DNA of 64,000 nucleotides, taken from assembly GCA_001949185.1 (NCBI GenBank), contig BDGG01000012.1, positions 674,973 to 738,972 of the forward strand. Direction: 5' to 3'. A program made the position numbers and the translations under genes. The notes under the pieces are model-generated. The model was not told the DNA's origin and searched no databases. It worked only from the letters and a program-made list of their open reading frames with translations. Numbering within the stretch: position 1 is the first letter of the stretch; each line of letters starts with the position of its first letter. Shown here piece by piece: positions 1 through 15,600 of the stretch. The stretch comes from Ramazzottius varieornatus (taxonomy: Eukaryota > Animalia > Tardigrada).

Positions 1-1326
<1,326 letters not shown>

Positions 1327-1612
1327 AAATATCGTTCGGTCTTTGATCTCTTTCATTCGAAATCACTGTACAATATAGTTAAAATTCTAAAAATAAAACA
1401 CAGAACAGAAAGAGTAACACTGCGAAATGAGAGAAATAATCGAGATAAGTCAGAATACTGTCAAACATCGAAAACTTAACGAGAAGTTCAACACATCACT
1501 CAAACAAAAACAAGAGAAAATATCACAGGTATTTTGGAGTAAGAAAGAGAGACTAGCCACTCTGTGGCATAAAAGATCAAAAGCGCTCACTTTGACTAGA
1601 ACGAAACTGTCT

Positions 1613-3976
1613 TTAGTTGTGCTCGGAACGTTTGCCTTTCATGTAGTCGCTCCATCGTTCGGCGAACTCGGCAAACATGGGATCAGGATGAATGGAGTTC
1701 ATGACTAGTAGCTGCGTGACGTGAGTTGCGTGATAGTCCCACCGCGCTAGGTTCGGCGCACCTTTTAATGTGAAGTGCCGGAGGTCGTAACTTGAACCGG
1801 AGCCGGTGTCAAACAGAGGAAGCAGTGCTTTTAGGGAGACGACACCTTCGTCAAAAAGCTGCCTTGCTCGTTTCCGGTAGCCTCCAGTGGAAACATGGCT
1901 GACGTCGTACAAGCCAAGCAGGGCGTAGATGAAGCCATTCAGCACGAAAGACGACGGTGTAGTCGGGTACTCTTCGTACCACTCGTACTTATCCATAAAA
2001 ACTAAAATCGATAAAAACACATGTCACGGATCGTCTTTCCCACTTTTTGAGTTTCAATAATGACTAGTCTATTGGGGACCAGGGCGAACATAATCGACAA
2101 GATCGTTTTTCCAAATGGCGCACATTTTCCGTGTTATTAGGCGGAAGCGTGTGCCACTTGAAAAACAATCTTGTCTAGTTCTTCCATGTGGGGCACGCTT
2201 CCAGCCAAGAACGCCAGAAAGGTCATTTAGGAAAAATGAGGTTGCCGAAACTGTTTGTCGACTTTCCATTTGCCGGTTTTAACGCTAATCGTTATTTCGT
2301 TCAATGTACTTTTTGTAGCCTTAATTTACAGTTCAACGAATTCCAGAGGCTTATTACTACTAACCTGCGGTAATTCCGCCTTCCGAGCTGGGTTTCTTGA
2401 ACAAGTCCAGCGCCCTTACAGCCGCTTCTAAGTACTTCATCTGGCCCGTTCGCTTGTATGCTCTGGTTAGCGTCGACATGGCTTGTCCTTGAGCCATGGC
2501 AGAGTACCACCCAGGTGCCAGTTCCGCTTCTCCCAGTCTACGCTTTACCCAGATGGGCCATCCACCTTCTTCGTCCTGATACTTCACGAGCCACTCCGCC
2601 GCCAGGTAGAACAGCTCCGAATGCGCGGTGGACTGCACCACCACGTCATCCAACAACCCTCTTCCATGCAGGGTAATCTCCAGAATACGCATGCGTGTTA
2701 CGTTCAGCTTGATCTTGTCTTTCTTGCCTCTAACATGAAGGTTTAGACCCTTGAGCAAGTCGATGTAAACATCACGGACTAGGTGAGTCCACTCGCCAGT
2801 GGAACCCACACCGTAAAAGATTCGGTGGTTCTCGACGCGGATGCTTTCGTTACTGCTTGTGTAAACTAACTCGTAGTTCTGTCTTTGGCGGTCTTGAACG
2901 TCGAGTTTGAGTATGACACTGCCTTTGGACAGAAACTTCACTGAGAAGAGTATGTGGGGGTCGCCGGTATCGGGGATGGATATAAGCGAGATACCCGGAA
3001 ATGATACATCCTCTGTCAAAGCATTGGAAAGATGACCGATATCGTCATCGAAGAAGACTTAAAAATCCCTAAAAGAACTGTGAACCACTTAGCTGAGGAG
3101 CTCCATACCTGGGGCGGTGAAGTTCAGGACTATGGAGGCTCGATCGTCATCTTCGATCCGGTCCACCCGACATTCGTCACCCACGGCCATGTCTTCTGAT
3201 TTCTCGAAGTCAGCCACGACGTGCCGTCGAGGCTGCTCTTCTGAAATATTCTTGCTGTAGTGGCTTAGCCCGAACTGAGATATTTGGATAGGGTAAAAGT
3301 GGCCTTTGTTGTTGGCAGACCACTGCGAAGAAACCGGGACACCTGACAACAAAATAGGGTCATTACAGTGCAAGCTCGTTCAAATCACGCATGACGTCAA
3401 TGGAAGCACGGAAGTCACTTGATTGTTGATTGACGAGCTCATTACTGATGTTTGAATTTTGAGAAGCTTCTGAAGTTTGATACCTTCAGAAGGACTGATA
3501 TGCTGCACTCTGTCTCGGACCTCCACATTATAGTTATCGAAAGCCATAAAGATGCCGTCCGGTTCGTAGGGAAGCTTTGGGAAGACGAGTTTGGCATAGC
3601 TGTGCTGCCAGTTGAAAAAGCGACCATCGTTGGCTGAGCGTTTGTCCACCTCGACTTTGCCCGTAATCTCGAAATATCCTTCAATGAAGCTAAAAGGAAT
3701 GAAGACGTCCGCTCCATTCGTCCGGCAGTCCACCGGCTTCCGACGATCTCCATTGATAATGCAGCTGATCTTGTGCAGAGCCTCGGTATCGCCTGTGGGA
3801 GAGATTGGTGAACATAGCCTAGTCGTTGTAGGCGCGTTGTCGCCCCAAAGCTTGAGGGAATGGGTCAAGTCCGTTATGCAGTGCTGACTCCAAAAGAAGA
3901 ATGAAACGATGAGGGAAAACAAGCCACCTGCAAGGAAACTCCAGATGAATCGCATCTTTGGTAATCTACAGCGCAT
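1613..3976 (-). CDS. GLCE: D-glucuronyl C5-epimerase (heparan sulfate), multi-exon
   Basis: N-terminal TM anchor, [89 protein letters not shown]. Confidence 0.96.
2074..2267. repeat. Intronic fold-back element, copy 2 (1.5-2 core units), in GLCE intron
   Basis: gacaagatcgtttttccaaatggcgcac...gtgtgccacttgaaaaacaatcttgtc (2096-2175) followed by a second partial unit. Confidence 0.85.
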
Positions 3977-4686
3977 GACTGATTGCTCGATGTTTGCGTC
4001 AAGCACTGTTAGCCTCTGTTGCGTTGACGTTTACATCAATGCAACTTCATGTAGTGAAGCTTCGGTGATCCATGGACTCTTAGAAAGAGAGAGAAAGGTC
4101 GAGGACTCCAAAGGATTCGAATTTCCAAGAGACGAAAGAAACAAAACTTCTTAAAATTCCGATTGCAAAATTTAATGTAACGTCAGTGCGAGTTACGAGT
4201 TACGACTCTTAGTGCTTGGTACGTCATATGCCGATCAACTCGGATTTAGGAAGCCCGCCTCTAGAGGGCGTGGGCAAAAAGGGCGTTGTGTGGTGAGAAC
4301 GGGGAGGTAGTGGAGAACCTTTATTTTAGCATCTTCAGCTTCTTTCTCTTCATCCTAATTTATATATACTGCTATCCATTTATTTTTAGTATACGCTCTT
4401 ACATTCGCTGAATTTCGTTCAGAAGTGGTTCAGACTTTGCCCGAAATTCAGAAGTGGTGTCTAGCTGTTGCCAACGTGGTCGTTTTTCCAGTTTCCTATC
4501 TTGCAGTTCAAATTCCCATATTTTTTTCCAGTTCTTATGTCACCTTAGTTTCAGGAAGCAAAAATACTGTCATTCGGATTTCATGCTGAAGAATGGTATT
4601 AAGGAGTACGAGTTTGCAAAGATCGCAACATGCAAAAACATTTGAATAGGCTTGACTATTGTTTCGTGCTTCGGGTTCTGCGTTAA

Positions 4687-5525
4687 GGGCATTTGGGACG
4701 ACGAGTACCATTGACAGGAAAAAAATTCTACTCGCGCGAGCTGTAACAAATTTTGATATCTAGAGTGCTAATAGGATAGACAAAACACTTGGTGATGATG
4801 CCCAGGTGAGTTTGAACGCGCATCGTTGCTCATATTTCGGCAACATATGAAAATATGGAAGTCGCCGATTCCGGCTAACCTTTAAACTATCCATCAGAAA
4901 TGCATCAGAAGTTTTGCAATCGATAGATCAGACCAATCCCAGATACATGCACCCGATCCACATCAGAAAGTTTAAAGTTGAGCTCAGAAGAAATCGGCAA
5001 AAACTTTAAAGCCTTCCAGCTTCCGCATTTACTGGTCGATTTTGGCGGAGCGGATGCATGTTCCGGATATAGCCCTGACTTAGATTATCCGACTGAAAGA
5101 ACTTCGATTTCTTGAACGATTTAGATGTTTTGCTAATATCGCGTGGTGGTGGATCGAATATTCCAAATATTGAAAAGAAGGAAATGGACGGGATGCCATA
5201 AACGACAAGCGGCCACCTATGATCCTTCTCAACCGGTCTTGTGCGCGACAGAGCGGGCACAGTCCATTCGAGTAACAAAAGGTAATTTATGACTTCAGTT
5301 CAATCAACATCTCGCCGTTATGGTAGTGCTGAACAGCAGTGGCACTGTTGTCGAGAGAAACTTCCGGCACTGAGTCTCAAGATCGAGTCTGCGCACTCAC
5401 CGTAATGTTTTTAATGTTGGACCAAAATTTATACGGTAGCGAATAAATTGGGCTATGTTTTGATACCAATATCTCTGTTGCAAAAATGACCGCTCATTTC
5501 TGAAAATTCCTCGTCCCTGATGCCC
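4687..5525. mobile_element. Non-autonomous DNA transposon with TTAA TSD (Kolobok-like)
   Basis: ttaa|GGGCATTTGGGACGACGAG ... CTCGTCCCTGATGCCC|ttaa. Imperfect TIRs start with GG, which fits Kolobok better than piggyBac (CCC). No recognisable ORF. Confidence 0.6.
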
Positions 5526-5877
5526 TTAAGCTGCCCCTTCTTTGAGCTGATAAATGCCCCCGCTCTGATGTATTGAACTTTGCGTTCCTGATACTCCAAC
5601 TCTCCAACTTCTACACAGATTGCTTCTTTTTGCGGGGTTTATTGTGAGGAGCAGGTGGAAAGGACCCTTGTATTCTTTCCGCTTCCAAACAATACCGAAA
5701 TTTCACTCTCATGTATGCACTCTTCATACGAAGCAAAGGTGTGACCCTCCTTCACGTTCGAACAGATCTAGATAGACTGATCGGGAAAAAAGCAGCTTCA
5801 CAGACTTCTGCGTCAGGAACTTCGTGTTTGGAATCCATATAGCTTCTGTTCAAAACTGTAGTAAAAATTGAACCAAG

Positions 5878-6030
5878 CGATTCGTGCACGGAGACGAAGT
5901 TCCTATCAGAATTCGGGCACGGAGTAAGTGTTTGTGTGGTAGTTCGTGCACGCAGAAAAGTTCGGGTAAGTTCGTGCACCGAGTCACAACTTAGAGATTT
6001 ATGGATTTCGTGTGGTTCTGCTTGTGTGCA
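5878..6030. repeat. Cluster of TTCGTGCAC motifs resembling the MULE subterminal repeats at ~20.1 kb and ~23.8 kb
   Basis: agttcgtgcacgcagaaaagttcgggtaagttcgtgcac matches agttcgtgcacgcaggaaagttcgggaacttcgtgcac at ~23865-23902. Confidence 0.65.
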
Positions 6031-6576
6031 AGACTTCGGTTGTGAACGGAAAAAGCCTGTCTGCCGACTAGTTTGGGTTGGGAATGGACCAGTCTGTAAG
6101 CTGGTGGGACCTCCGGAAATAATTTTGGTTCGAGGACAGCAAAAATTTCGCTGATGAAGCATAGCAAAACCGAGTTTGCGATCGCCAGCTTTCTGATCAA
6201 CACTTTTCACAATTATCACTCCTCCTGCGATAGCTTCCAGAGCCGAAACTTTTGGGGATAGTGGTAGCGAGAGCGAGGGACCTTTGGTAACCTAGCTCAT
6301 TGAAGGAACAGGAGTGACTGGACGGAGTTTCGAACTTATTGGAACCCCTATGTAGAATTTCTAAGGAAGACTTCTTTCAAGCTGAGGTTGCTCCAGGCGC
6401 ATCCAGGCGGAATTAGAAGAGCGTACAGTTTCACCGATCATTCCTTCACCCGAGCACTTGATATCACATCTGAACAGTGGGATTCCAAGTTCTGACCTCG
6501 TACTGGCTGAGGATAAACGAAAAGCGAATTGTCAGAAACGAGAATTCCCCGGCATGTTTGAGCGTCTTGATATGAA

Positions 6577-6773
6577 CACGCAGGACGAGAAATCATGTTA
6601 CAGTAAATATTATGGGACAGGCCTTTTCGCTACGGCGGTACGGGCGCACGTACGTACGCGACCGATTCACAGTTATACATTTTTTGACACTTTTCTACGG
6701 TCGAATTTCCATCTTGCCGTCCTTTCCGCCTGTCCCATAATTTTTACTGTACCACAATATCTTGTCCTGCGTG
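6577..6773. mobile_element. MITE with ~45-bp imperfect TIRs; second family member at 30759-31108
   Basis: cacgcaggacgagaaatcatgttacagtaaatattatgggacaggc ... gcctgtcccataatttttactgtaccacaatatcttgtcctgcgtg|ta. Confidence 0.75.
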
Positions 6774-7231
6774 TACAGAGAAATTTGGATAAAAACTGCG
6801 AAAAGAACTTTTAACCAATCAGTGCCCATCCTTACAACAATCAACTTAAGAATCTCATCCCAAACCGCCCAGATCTAAAATCTGGGTTTCAGGTGAAGGA
6901 ACGATCGGTTTCGGGTTGAGCTGTGTAAAGCCTTATGTACTGTAACACTGGTTCTGCAGTGGACGACACATCTTCGGGATTTTCCTAGAGCGCCAGGATG
7001 TGGTCATTTGCTTTTTTCCCCCGATGTTTTGTTTAGACCAAGAGTCTCAGCCGTCACATGAAAGCATCGATATCGCGGTCGGCGAATGACATGGTCTGAA
7101 TGGTCCCTCGTCAGTCGGAACTGACCATAAATTTCAATGTCTGCATTGTCATTCTTCAGCGTTACCCGTTCCCGTTTTCCCCCACCATCGACAACCTGCA
7201 AGCGAGCCGAAATCGAAGCGAACAGCTAGTA

Positions 7232-7698
7232 AAATTATTCATGATAAGCGAACGCGGATGATTTTTATTTGGGTATGCTGAGGTCGTCTGATCGCATCGA
7301 TTGGTAACTTCGATGCAGCTAGAATCGAGGTGGTACACAGTCTTGGTGAGATACCAAGGAGGACGTGACAGCTTGGCGCATCAGCCTCCCACCTGTTCAT
7401 CTGAGCTGCACCGGTACCGTTAGCGAGCTCAAACTAAGAAACCCCTTTTCTTGAGAAACAAGAAGCACAAGAGCATGAATGGTGGCATGGCGGTAATGGA
7501 TTTAATTAATGGATGGAATTAGCGAGCAAGGAGTACATCAAGCGGACCAGGAACACTACATTTAGCAATGCACGAATCCATTGATCGGATACACGTACCA
7601 GAACAGTCCAGAAAAACTCTATGTTCGGTTGGGTAATTGAAGGAAGTGAATCATTCAGAAACATTAACCACAATTATCGCTAAAGGCAGTAATTTTCA
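7232..7698 (+). repeat. Dispersed repeat family A, internally deleted copy
   Basis: Matches 22503-22760 and 22984-23083; a reverse-strand copy lies at 12136-12445. Confidence 0.85.
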
Positions 7699-7905
7699 GT
7701 TTGTGTTTCATTCTCACTTTAAGCGTTGCAATGACCATCGTAGCTTCTTAATCAATCCGTCGTTTTCAGGCAGTAAAAAAATATTCATCCATTCCAGCTC
7801 GCGTTATACGTTAACACGTTAACTCTCCACGAAAGTATTAAGTAAGTGCTGATTTCACATGCCTCCTATAATCAATTACCTCGCACGCCTTTGTTCCGTA
7901 TTATA

Positions 7906-8059
7906 CTGTAGTGCTACCAAATTATCGCGCACTCAACCACGTGAACAGTAAATGATGCCCGGGTGAGAGCCAGCGACACTAAACTGGTAGCATCTGGTCA
8001 CACTGGGCTGCGACGACTCATCACGGGGTTCAGAGCGCGATAATTTGGTAGCACTACAG
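7906..8059. mobile_element. MITE with ~25-bp TIRs starting CTGTA
   Basis: ta|CTGTAGTGCTACCAAATTATCGCGC ... GCGCGATAATTTGGTAGCACTACAG. Confidence 0.8.
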
Positions 8060-8577
8060 CAGTTCGATGAATGCTTTGATCCTGCGAGCTACTTCATTGA
8101 TATCGCGGCGCACTCAGCAGTTTGAGTAGTGCGGTTAGATTCATTACTCCCCGATGGCGAGCTCATTAGAGGCTTCCTTCATTCATGTCATGTACAATGG
8201 AGCTACGGATCCGGAGATGGAAGATCCAGCTCAGAGCGTCTGCCTTTTCATCAACATGCGATAAGTGGACCTGCTGACTCAAAGAGCTCTTGTTCACCTG
8301 AAGTTCCCAAACACATAAGTGATCGTGCAATCAGTGCGAATATATGCTGGATTTCCGGTTTAAAAATATCCGACAGATATTCACCGGATCAGAAATTATG
8401 GTTAGGATACGTGTACGGTCACTAACTTCATCAGAGTTTCTTATTGTTTATGTCCTAGGCGAAGAAACCACGAGAAACGCTACCTTTCTGTTGGTATGAC
8501 CCCCACAACTTCATCCATCTAGATATGGCGACCAATATGGCTTAGTGGGTGTTTTTCGCGGCTTGAAGTCATGGCCA

Positions 8578-8884
8578 CATGGGCCGTCACGTTCATGAGA
8601 TTCCAGCTGACAGAAGCCGGTTGAGGTAAGAAACCCAGTCGTGGATTTTTATTGGCGAGCAGCCATCAAGGTAAACACGTGTGTTTTGCATGAGAACAAC
8701 ATGAATAATTAGCCCATCTTGTTTTTTTGCGACTTGATGTCATGGGCCGTCACACTCATGAGGTTCCTGCTGACATAAGCCGGTTGAAGTAAGAAACCCG
8801 GTCGTGGATATTCATAGGCGTGCAGCTATAAAGGTAAACACGTGGGTTCCGCATGAGAACAACATGAATAACTTGGCCATCTTG
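8578..8884. repeat. Diverged tandem duplication, ~163-bp period, two units
   Basis: catgggccgtcac...gcatgagaacaacatgaataa...ccatcttg at 8578-8721 and 8741-8884. Confidence 0.9.
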
Positions 8885-9051
8885 CCGGTGAATTTGCAAT
8901 TAATTTGCATACATTTGCCCTAATCATTTCGTTCGGGGTACTTGTACGGTGAACTCAATATAAGGAATGCTCTTTTGTTGGATTGAATAGCATTCTGGTA
9001 TTAAATTACCGTAATCGTGATGACCGCGAAAGTTAGAAACTAGGTTTCACC

Positions 9052-11194
9052 ATGCCATATTCTGGAGGTCCTAATGCTGTCCACAACCATGCTCTGGTTC
9101 ACCATGCCGATCGCTTCCGCAGGAAAAGTTCACCTACCTATGATAAAAGCCATTGGATTCGAGGACCACCAACAGAGCGGGACCGCCATCAGATCGATCA
9201 GCACGTGTTGTTGAAGGAAACTGTCGGTGTCACAACAGCTCCTGATGGTGGATTCGGCTGGTGAGAAGCTCACCATGGCCAGCAGCAAGAGCCATTAATA
9301 CGTTATTGTGGGAGGACCGTTTTATACGTAATTGGTTTTGCTTTGAATGTAGGTTCATCGTCGTATGTGGGTTCTTCCTCCACGTGACCAACTGCGGAGT
9401 TATGTATTCGCTCTCGGTATATTTTCCTGTCTTTCTGGCGGACTTCAGGCTGACTGCCACTACTTGTGCCTGGATTTCAGCCGCGTTTTTTGGTAAGAGC
9501 TTTATCGACCCATGTGCTTTGAACTTCGAACTTCTGCAGGCGCGCTGTGCTTGATAACAAGACAGAAATTTCAAACCAGCTTATACTGGTAATTTTGCAG
9601 GAGCCTTTTTCGGTTGTGGTCCTCTGGCATCACTTCTGGTAGAACGTTTCGAAACTCGTACTACAGCCTTCTTCGGGTGTCTGGTGGCGTTTATTGGATT
9701 ACTGATTGCGTCCTTTATGCCATATTTCGCCCTCGTCGTGGTTTTCCAAGGCGTGGTGACAGGTTATTCATTTTCTGTTGTACTATATTCGTAATGCAAA
9801 ATGCCTCAACTGTTTCCGGTCCGTAGCCTGTGTCCCTACTACTGTTATTTTACAGGTATTGGATGCGGATGTGCGGTGCTTTGCGCTGTGACCAGCGTTG
9901 CACGATGGTTCGAGGGTCATCGCGCCATAGCCATCGGAATAATTGCTTCGGGTTCGGGAATAGGAGCCGCTATGATGGGTCCCTTATTGGCACACCTGAT
10001 TGAGCGGTATGGGTGGCGTGGGGCCATGTTAATCGAATCTGCCATCGCACTTCAAGGATGTGTGTTCGCACTGTTCCTCCGTCCTGTAACGTCCCTCACA
10101 GATTCAAAGACTCCCTTGAGCGCGGTAAAGCCAATAAGCAATGCCGATGAAGCTCCCGCTGTCCCAGAACTAAGGAAGATATCGATGAATAAAGATGAGA
10201 AAGAAAAGAACGGAAGTCTGAAGCCATCTTCTGCCGAGAACATCAGCCTCAGACATGTCTCGTTTTCTGGCGATCGTCAACCAGACCAAAATTCCGGCGT
10301 TTCGGAAGGACAAGACCAGAAAATCGTACAAGGTGTACTTTGAAGGTGTGCTGTCTTGTGAACACTGACTGAAAACTTCTCGTTGCTTTCAACAGATTCG
10401 CCGTCTGGTCGAGAAAGCAGAGACGAAAAACGTGCTCAAGCACCACAAGATGGCAATCCCATCGGTAGCAAAGAAGGGTCTCCGGATCCCGAAGGCCCGA
10501 TCTTGAAGAAACCCTCCACGTTCCACATTTTCAAAGATTGGGTCTTCTGGGTATTCGTCGTTAGCCAGTTCCTAATCTTCTTCTCTCTGAACGCCCCATT
10601 GGTGTATCAAGTAAACCGTGCTCTGGTGGATGTTAAAGTCGATCGTATGACATCGTCCATTTTGGTCTCCATCATGGGTGCGTTGAGCACTGTCGGAAGA
10701 CTGTTTTTCGGGTTCATCGCAAATAAGGTTGGGGCTCTCCGTTTCTGGATCTTCTCTCTGTCAATGGTCTTTGTCGGGATAGCGACGGCGTTAGTCACAG
10801 TCAATGACAGTTTTGTGGGAGCGGCCATCTACGCAGCGGTAGCTGGGTTGGGTTATGGTATGTACTTTCATGTCTGTTTTTGGAATATTTACCCGCTTTT
10901 ACTCAAAGCTGGGTTTTTATAGGATGCATGGTGTGTCTGACGTCTCTGGTCCTCGTTGATTCTTTTGGAGTTGCTACTATCGCTTCGGCATACGGCAATA
11001 TGGTCTTCTTTCGGGGACTTGGTTCCCTGGCAGGACCTCCGTTAGGAGGGCTTATCGTGTCGAGCTATGGTGGAAGACACAAAGAACTGTATATTGTAAT
11101 GGGATGTATCATGACGGTTGGCGGACTGATCATAACCGCTTTGCCACTTCTGAAAAAGATTGCGTCCGCCTCCCAAAAACCTGCTGTTCGATAG
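9052..11194 (+). CDS. Monocarboxylate transporter (SLC16 family, MFS), multi-exon
   Basis: APDGGFGW, WFEGHRAIAIGIIASGSGIG, YGWRGAMLI, GRLFFGFIAN and GSLAGPPLGG motifs. Confidence 0.93.
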
Positions 11195-12135
11195 TCGTCC
11201 AATCCTTGGAATGAAATGTGTTGGCCGGTTGTTCTTCCTTGTTATACCTGTAGTGTACCAGGGTTGTTTCAATACGACTTTTTCAATTCTATCTGCAATT
11301 ACGGTGGATTGGAATACCTCGGGCGGCAGCAATTCACTTCTCCGACATTCAACTCAGCTCAACTAGCAATTACAATCAGTTGGAATTCAGCTGGCGACAG
11401 CAATCAACATTATTTCAATTGTGGTGCTTACTTTTTTGGACTTGACTTTTCATATGATTGATGTTTCGAAGCAAATGCTTGGAATCCCCGTCGGATGTTT
11501 AGAGCATGGCACGTCATGGCCAAGGTATTGAATACGAACGCGCTGATGTTAACAGTCATTCCAGTACTTGGTGAAGGCACACGCGTACCGTCGGCGCTTC
11601 TTTACCATACTCGCGAAACAGCCCTGTGGGGGGGGGGGGGGGGGGGTAGGAAAAGGCATCCGGACACCAGGGTCCAGCTTCGCGCGTACGTTCATGCATC
11701 GCGCGTCATTCACGAAGCAATATTATTAATAATCCCGCGTGCGTTTTACCGCGGTTGGCACAGATTCACTAAATTGAATGACCGCATCACCCATTATAAT
11801 TTCTTCTACAATATTCTTCGCATTCTAATTAAAAGTCTAATTAATGCGGGGATTACCCAGCATAGGATTCTCAATTCTGTTTGTCATATTGAAATTACAA
11901 AGCGGTCGTTTTCACTTAGCAATTGTAACGGTCGGTACAACACTGACCTGTGCAGTACGACTTCTGTCAGTAAGTCGATTCAGCGGGACGTCGTTCGCCG
12001 AGATTTCGTAAATTTCAATAAATTCGATAAATTTCATGGATGCCTGCAGTCAAAAAGTTCCTGCCATGATCCGACAGTGCGAGGGGCACCCTTGACAAGT
12101 GGCGGTGATACTCAGGCAATTCCAGCCAATAATCG

Positions 12136-12445
12136 AAAATTATTTTCTTTGGCGATAATCGTGGTTAATGCTTTTGAGTGATGGGCGTTTTCCCTTCCTG
12201 TAACTACCCGACCGGACATGGCGTTTTTCCTGGACTGTCCTGATACGTGTATATATGCGGTGCAATGTACACGTGCGCCGCATACACGTACTCTTGCCGG
12301 TCAGCTCAATGTACTTCCTTGATCGCTAACTCTATCCAGTGACTCGCCATGGCAGGCTGTTGACTCCACCTGCTTTCCGGCAGAAATTATCTCGCATGAA
12401 TATGTTCATGGATTTCTCTCGAAGGAACATTCTTCATATACAATT
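12136..12445 (-). repeat. Dispersed repeat family A, partial reverse copy
   Basis: Near-identical reverse complement of ~22797-23083. Confidence 0.88.
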
Positions 12446-12611
12446 TATCCGCGCTCTTGGCATCCCACGAATTTCTCAACCGACCGATATCAGCCGCCTA
12501 CGCTGAGTGGCTATCCACGTCGGAGCTAGGTTCGGCCACGACGTCTGGTCAGGTTGCGCTCTTCCTCATCCTGGCTGGATACTACAGCCGGAGAGATCTC
12601 GTGTGTACTTG

Positions 12612-15600
12612 ATGGATAGATAGATTGATTTATCGAGCCTCGACAATCTAGTCGACGGCTTCCTCGATCGTCAGAGGATAACAAAACATAACGAAACATA
12701 CAGTACTAACAGCTTTGGCAAGTGGAAGCGATCAAGACTAACTTCAGAGATTGACACATATGGATTACAATCCGAGATCAGGCACCAGAAAGGAAGTGGA
12801 AAACTCGCACAAACATAGCAGGGAGAGCTAACTACCAAACAAGGAATGAGGGAGCGTTCTTTCCGCCTTCGTCCAGGTTCTCACTTGTCCATTTCCATGT
12901 CCGACTGGCTCCGTCGTTCCCGGTTTGATGCTCGAGCTGGTCCATGTGTGTGGTTGGGTTTTTGCTGTCCGTCGCGAGGGTCTTCTTCGGCGACTTGGGC
13001 TCGCCCTCCGAACCTGGTTGTACCGACGGGAGGGTGATCCGCCTGGCTCGGCGGGTCGAGGTTCTGGTGGCTTTTCGGGGGCCACCCTCCTCCGCAATTC
13101 CGGGGGCAGTATCCCCGTTGTCCGTCACTATCACGTCCACTGCCACGTCCACCGCTCCGTCCACCGCTCCGTCCAGCGCGATGACCGCCCTCACGACCAC
13201 CACCGCGTCCGTCAGAGCGGCCATAAGCACCGCCACGCCCACCGTTGCCCCGACCTCGGTTTTTGTTTGAGTTACAGTGTTGAGGCGGTTGATTGCCGAG
13301 GCGACGGTGATCGAAGGGCTTGCGCGGTGGGCCGATCGACCCCAGGTTGATCTTCACATCCGGTCGACCCGTACCGACGGGGCTGTTGGTTATCGTTGAT
13401 GCATGGTAGGAGCTGGCTTGAGAGACGCGAACGCTGGACGGCTGGATGGCCGGAGCGCCAGGGCTGATGGATGGGACAGCTGGTTGGGTCGCTGTCATCC
13501 CCTGTAGGATCAGCCACTCATCGGCCGTGAATCTCGGTTGAGCGAGAGTTCCCAGCAGAGGCGTACTCGCGGAGGGACGGAGAGAAAAGCTAAACGGGTG
13601 TCCTAGCGGGAAACTCATAGGAAATCCCGTGGTCAGTCCTGATATTTGGTAAGGAGCATATGCTCCAATCATTCCTCCAAACATGCTGAAGGGGAAATTC
13701 ATGATCTGAAAATAGCATTTGGTTCCTCCCTGTGTCCGGTCATCTGTCCATTTGTTACGAAGCCGTGAGTGCAAAGAGCGCGGAAGCGCTCTCAGAGGCA
13801 TGCAGGCGTGTCATGCGCTGCTGATCACCAGCGAAGGAGTTTGACGGGCAAAAGGTCGTGTCGCTGAAGTCATGTCGCTGGCTAATCGTGTCAAGGTCGT
13901 GCAGCCGGTATAGTGCGCTGCCTCTTCGTATAGATTGACACTCGTGGCTGCTACGAGTATGTTCTTCGCAGTTGATCAACCATGCCTGGTGCCACATCAA
14001 GCAGCGCTGACAGGCTGTCATACTGGCCGGCTGCGAATGATGACGTCAGAGGACCCACAATCTCCTGTGCTAATGCAGCCCAGTTGGTGCGGACCTTTGG
14101 CTGGTCGGGTGTCGGACGCCGTCCCAAGCCATGTGTACGGTGCTCTTGGAGCTTGATTTCCACACACATGATAAGATGGTCTGAAAGGCCGGGATGCTGG
14201 TCCAGGACGTCAAAGCTACTGACAAGAGGCACATCGGACGAGCGGACCAGAGAGTAGTCAATAACAGTAGTTGGACCGAACTATGACAGTGTCGCTCGAA
14301 TGTGAATTTGAGGGGGAACTGTTCATCCAGTCCGTTAAGACTGATGAGGTCTACTTGTCGAACGTAGTCAAGAAAGAGCTTAGACCGGTAATTGCAGGGA
14401 TTTCTGTCTATATTGGGGCAGTAGTTTACGGCGACAAGCTCGTTTGCTGCCAGATCCCTCGACTAGTGCGTTGAGCGGAAGGTCGCAGAGGTGCGTGTTG
14501 AAGTCGCCCATAACGACGAGCGGCCGCGTGGAATCGATTCTCAGTGTGAGTGCAATGAGCTCTTCCCACATATCATCTTCTCGTTCGAGAGAGATGTATC
14601 GGGACTGACAAGGTGGAATGTACACCACGAGTATCGTGCACACGGAGGCGCCGTCCGGCCAATTAACTTCTACTGCCAGAAACTCATCGGAGAACTGAGG
14701 TTCGAACCTCCTGAGCTTATATTTACTGGAGACGACCGTGATGCCTCCGCGTTTCACCCACGAACCTATCGTGGCGTTGTGGGTAATCACCGTAATACAG
14801 GAAAATTTTCATCGTCAAAAAACGAGCAATAGTTAAATGAGTGAGTTTCTGTGAGAGCAACGATATCAAATGTTTTGAAGAGAGCCTGAGTAGCAGATTG
14901 CGAGGTAAGCTTATGTCCGTTTACGTTCCAGTAGGCGAGTTTCATACTGCGGGAGGGTCTACAGCGAGTTGTGGAGGGGCGCAGTAGGCTGCTGGTGGCC
15001 TGAGCAGCCAGCTCCCCTAATGAACGTTTTTTGATGGGGAACCCGGACGTACGGTGAGAGGCTCCGAAAAACGCTGTGTGCTCGTACCTTCACTGATGCG
15101 TCTCCCGTCGGTAATGGCCGTATACGATGGATGATTTGTGCTGCCTACCATATCACGGCGGCACGGGACTACCGCCGCGTCTCTGCCACTTACCGGGGTG
15201 GCTATATTACTACCATCGCGTCGGTGAAGGTTTGTCCTGTGCTTTGCGGTCGGGGTGAATACTCGAGTCTTGAACGCGGGCGCTGTAAGGTAAGGTTGAT
15301 GATAGTCATTACCTCGATTTCGGTACCGGCTCTCGTAATGCTGATTTCCCTGTGCTGGTCTACGATGTTGTATACAAGCTGAGTGGGACATTTCTCGTGG
15401 GGGTTCATAGGATGAATTGAGTTCAACATGGGGGAAATTACAGTTTTCGCCCCAGTTGCAGTGACCACGTTTAAAATGCCGGCACGGGACTGTTCGCCAT
15501 TTCGATGTCTTCTGGCGAGTGGTTTGTTTTGTGACGGCCTGCTTGCCATCTGTTGCGAGGTGGCTAACGCACGTGGAGGGCCCTGTGACCCTGAGCCTTC

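Noticed and set aside
11495-12181. 228-aa ORF
   Set aside because: It spans the poly-G run and a repeat edge and has no recognisable domain.
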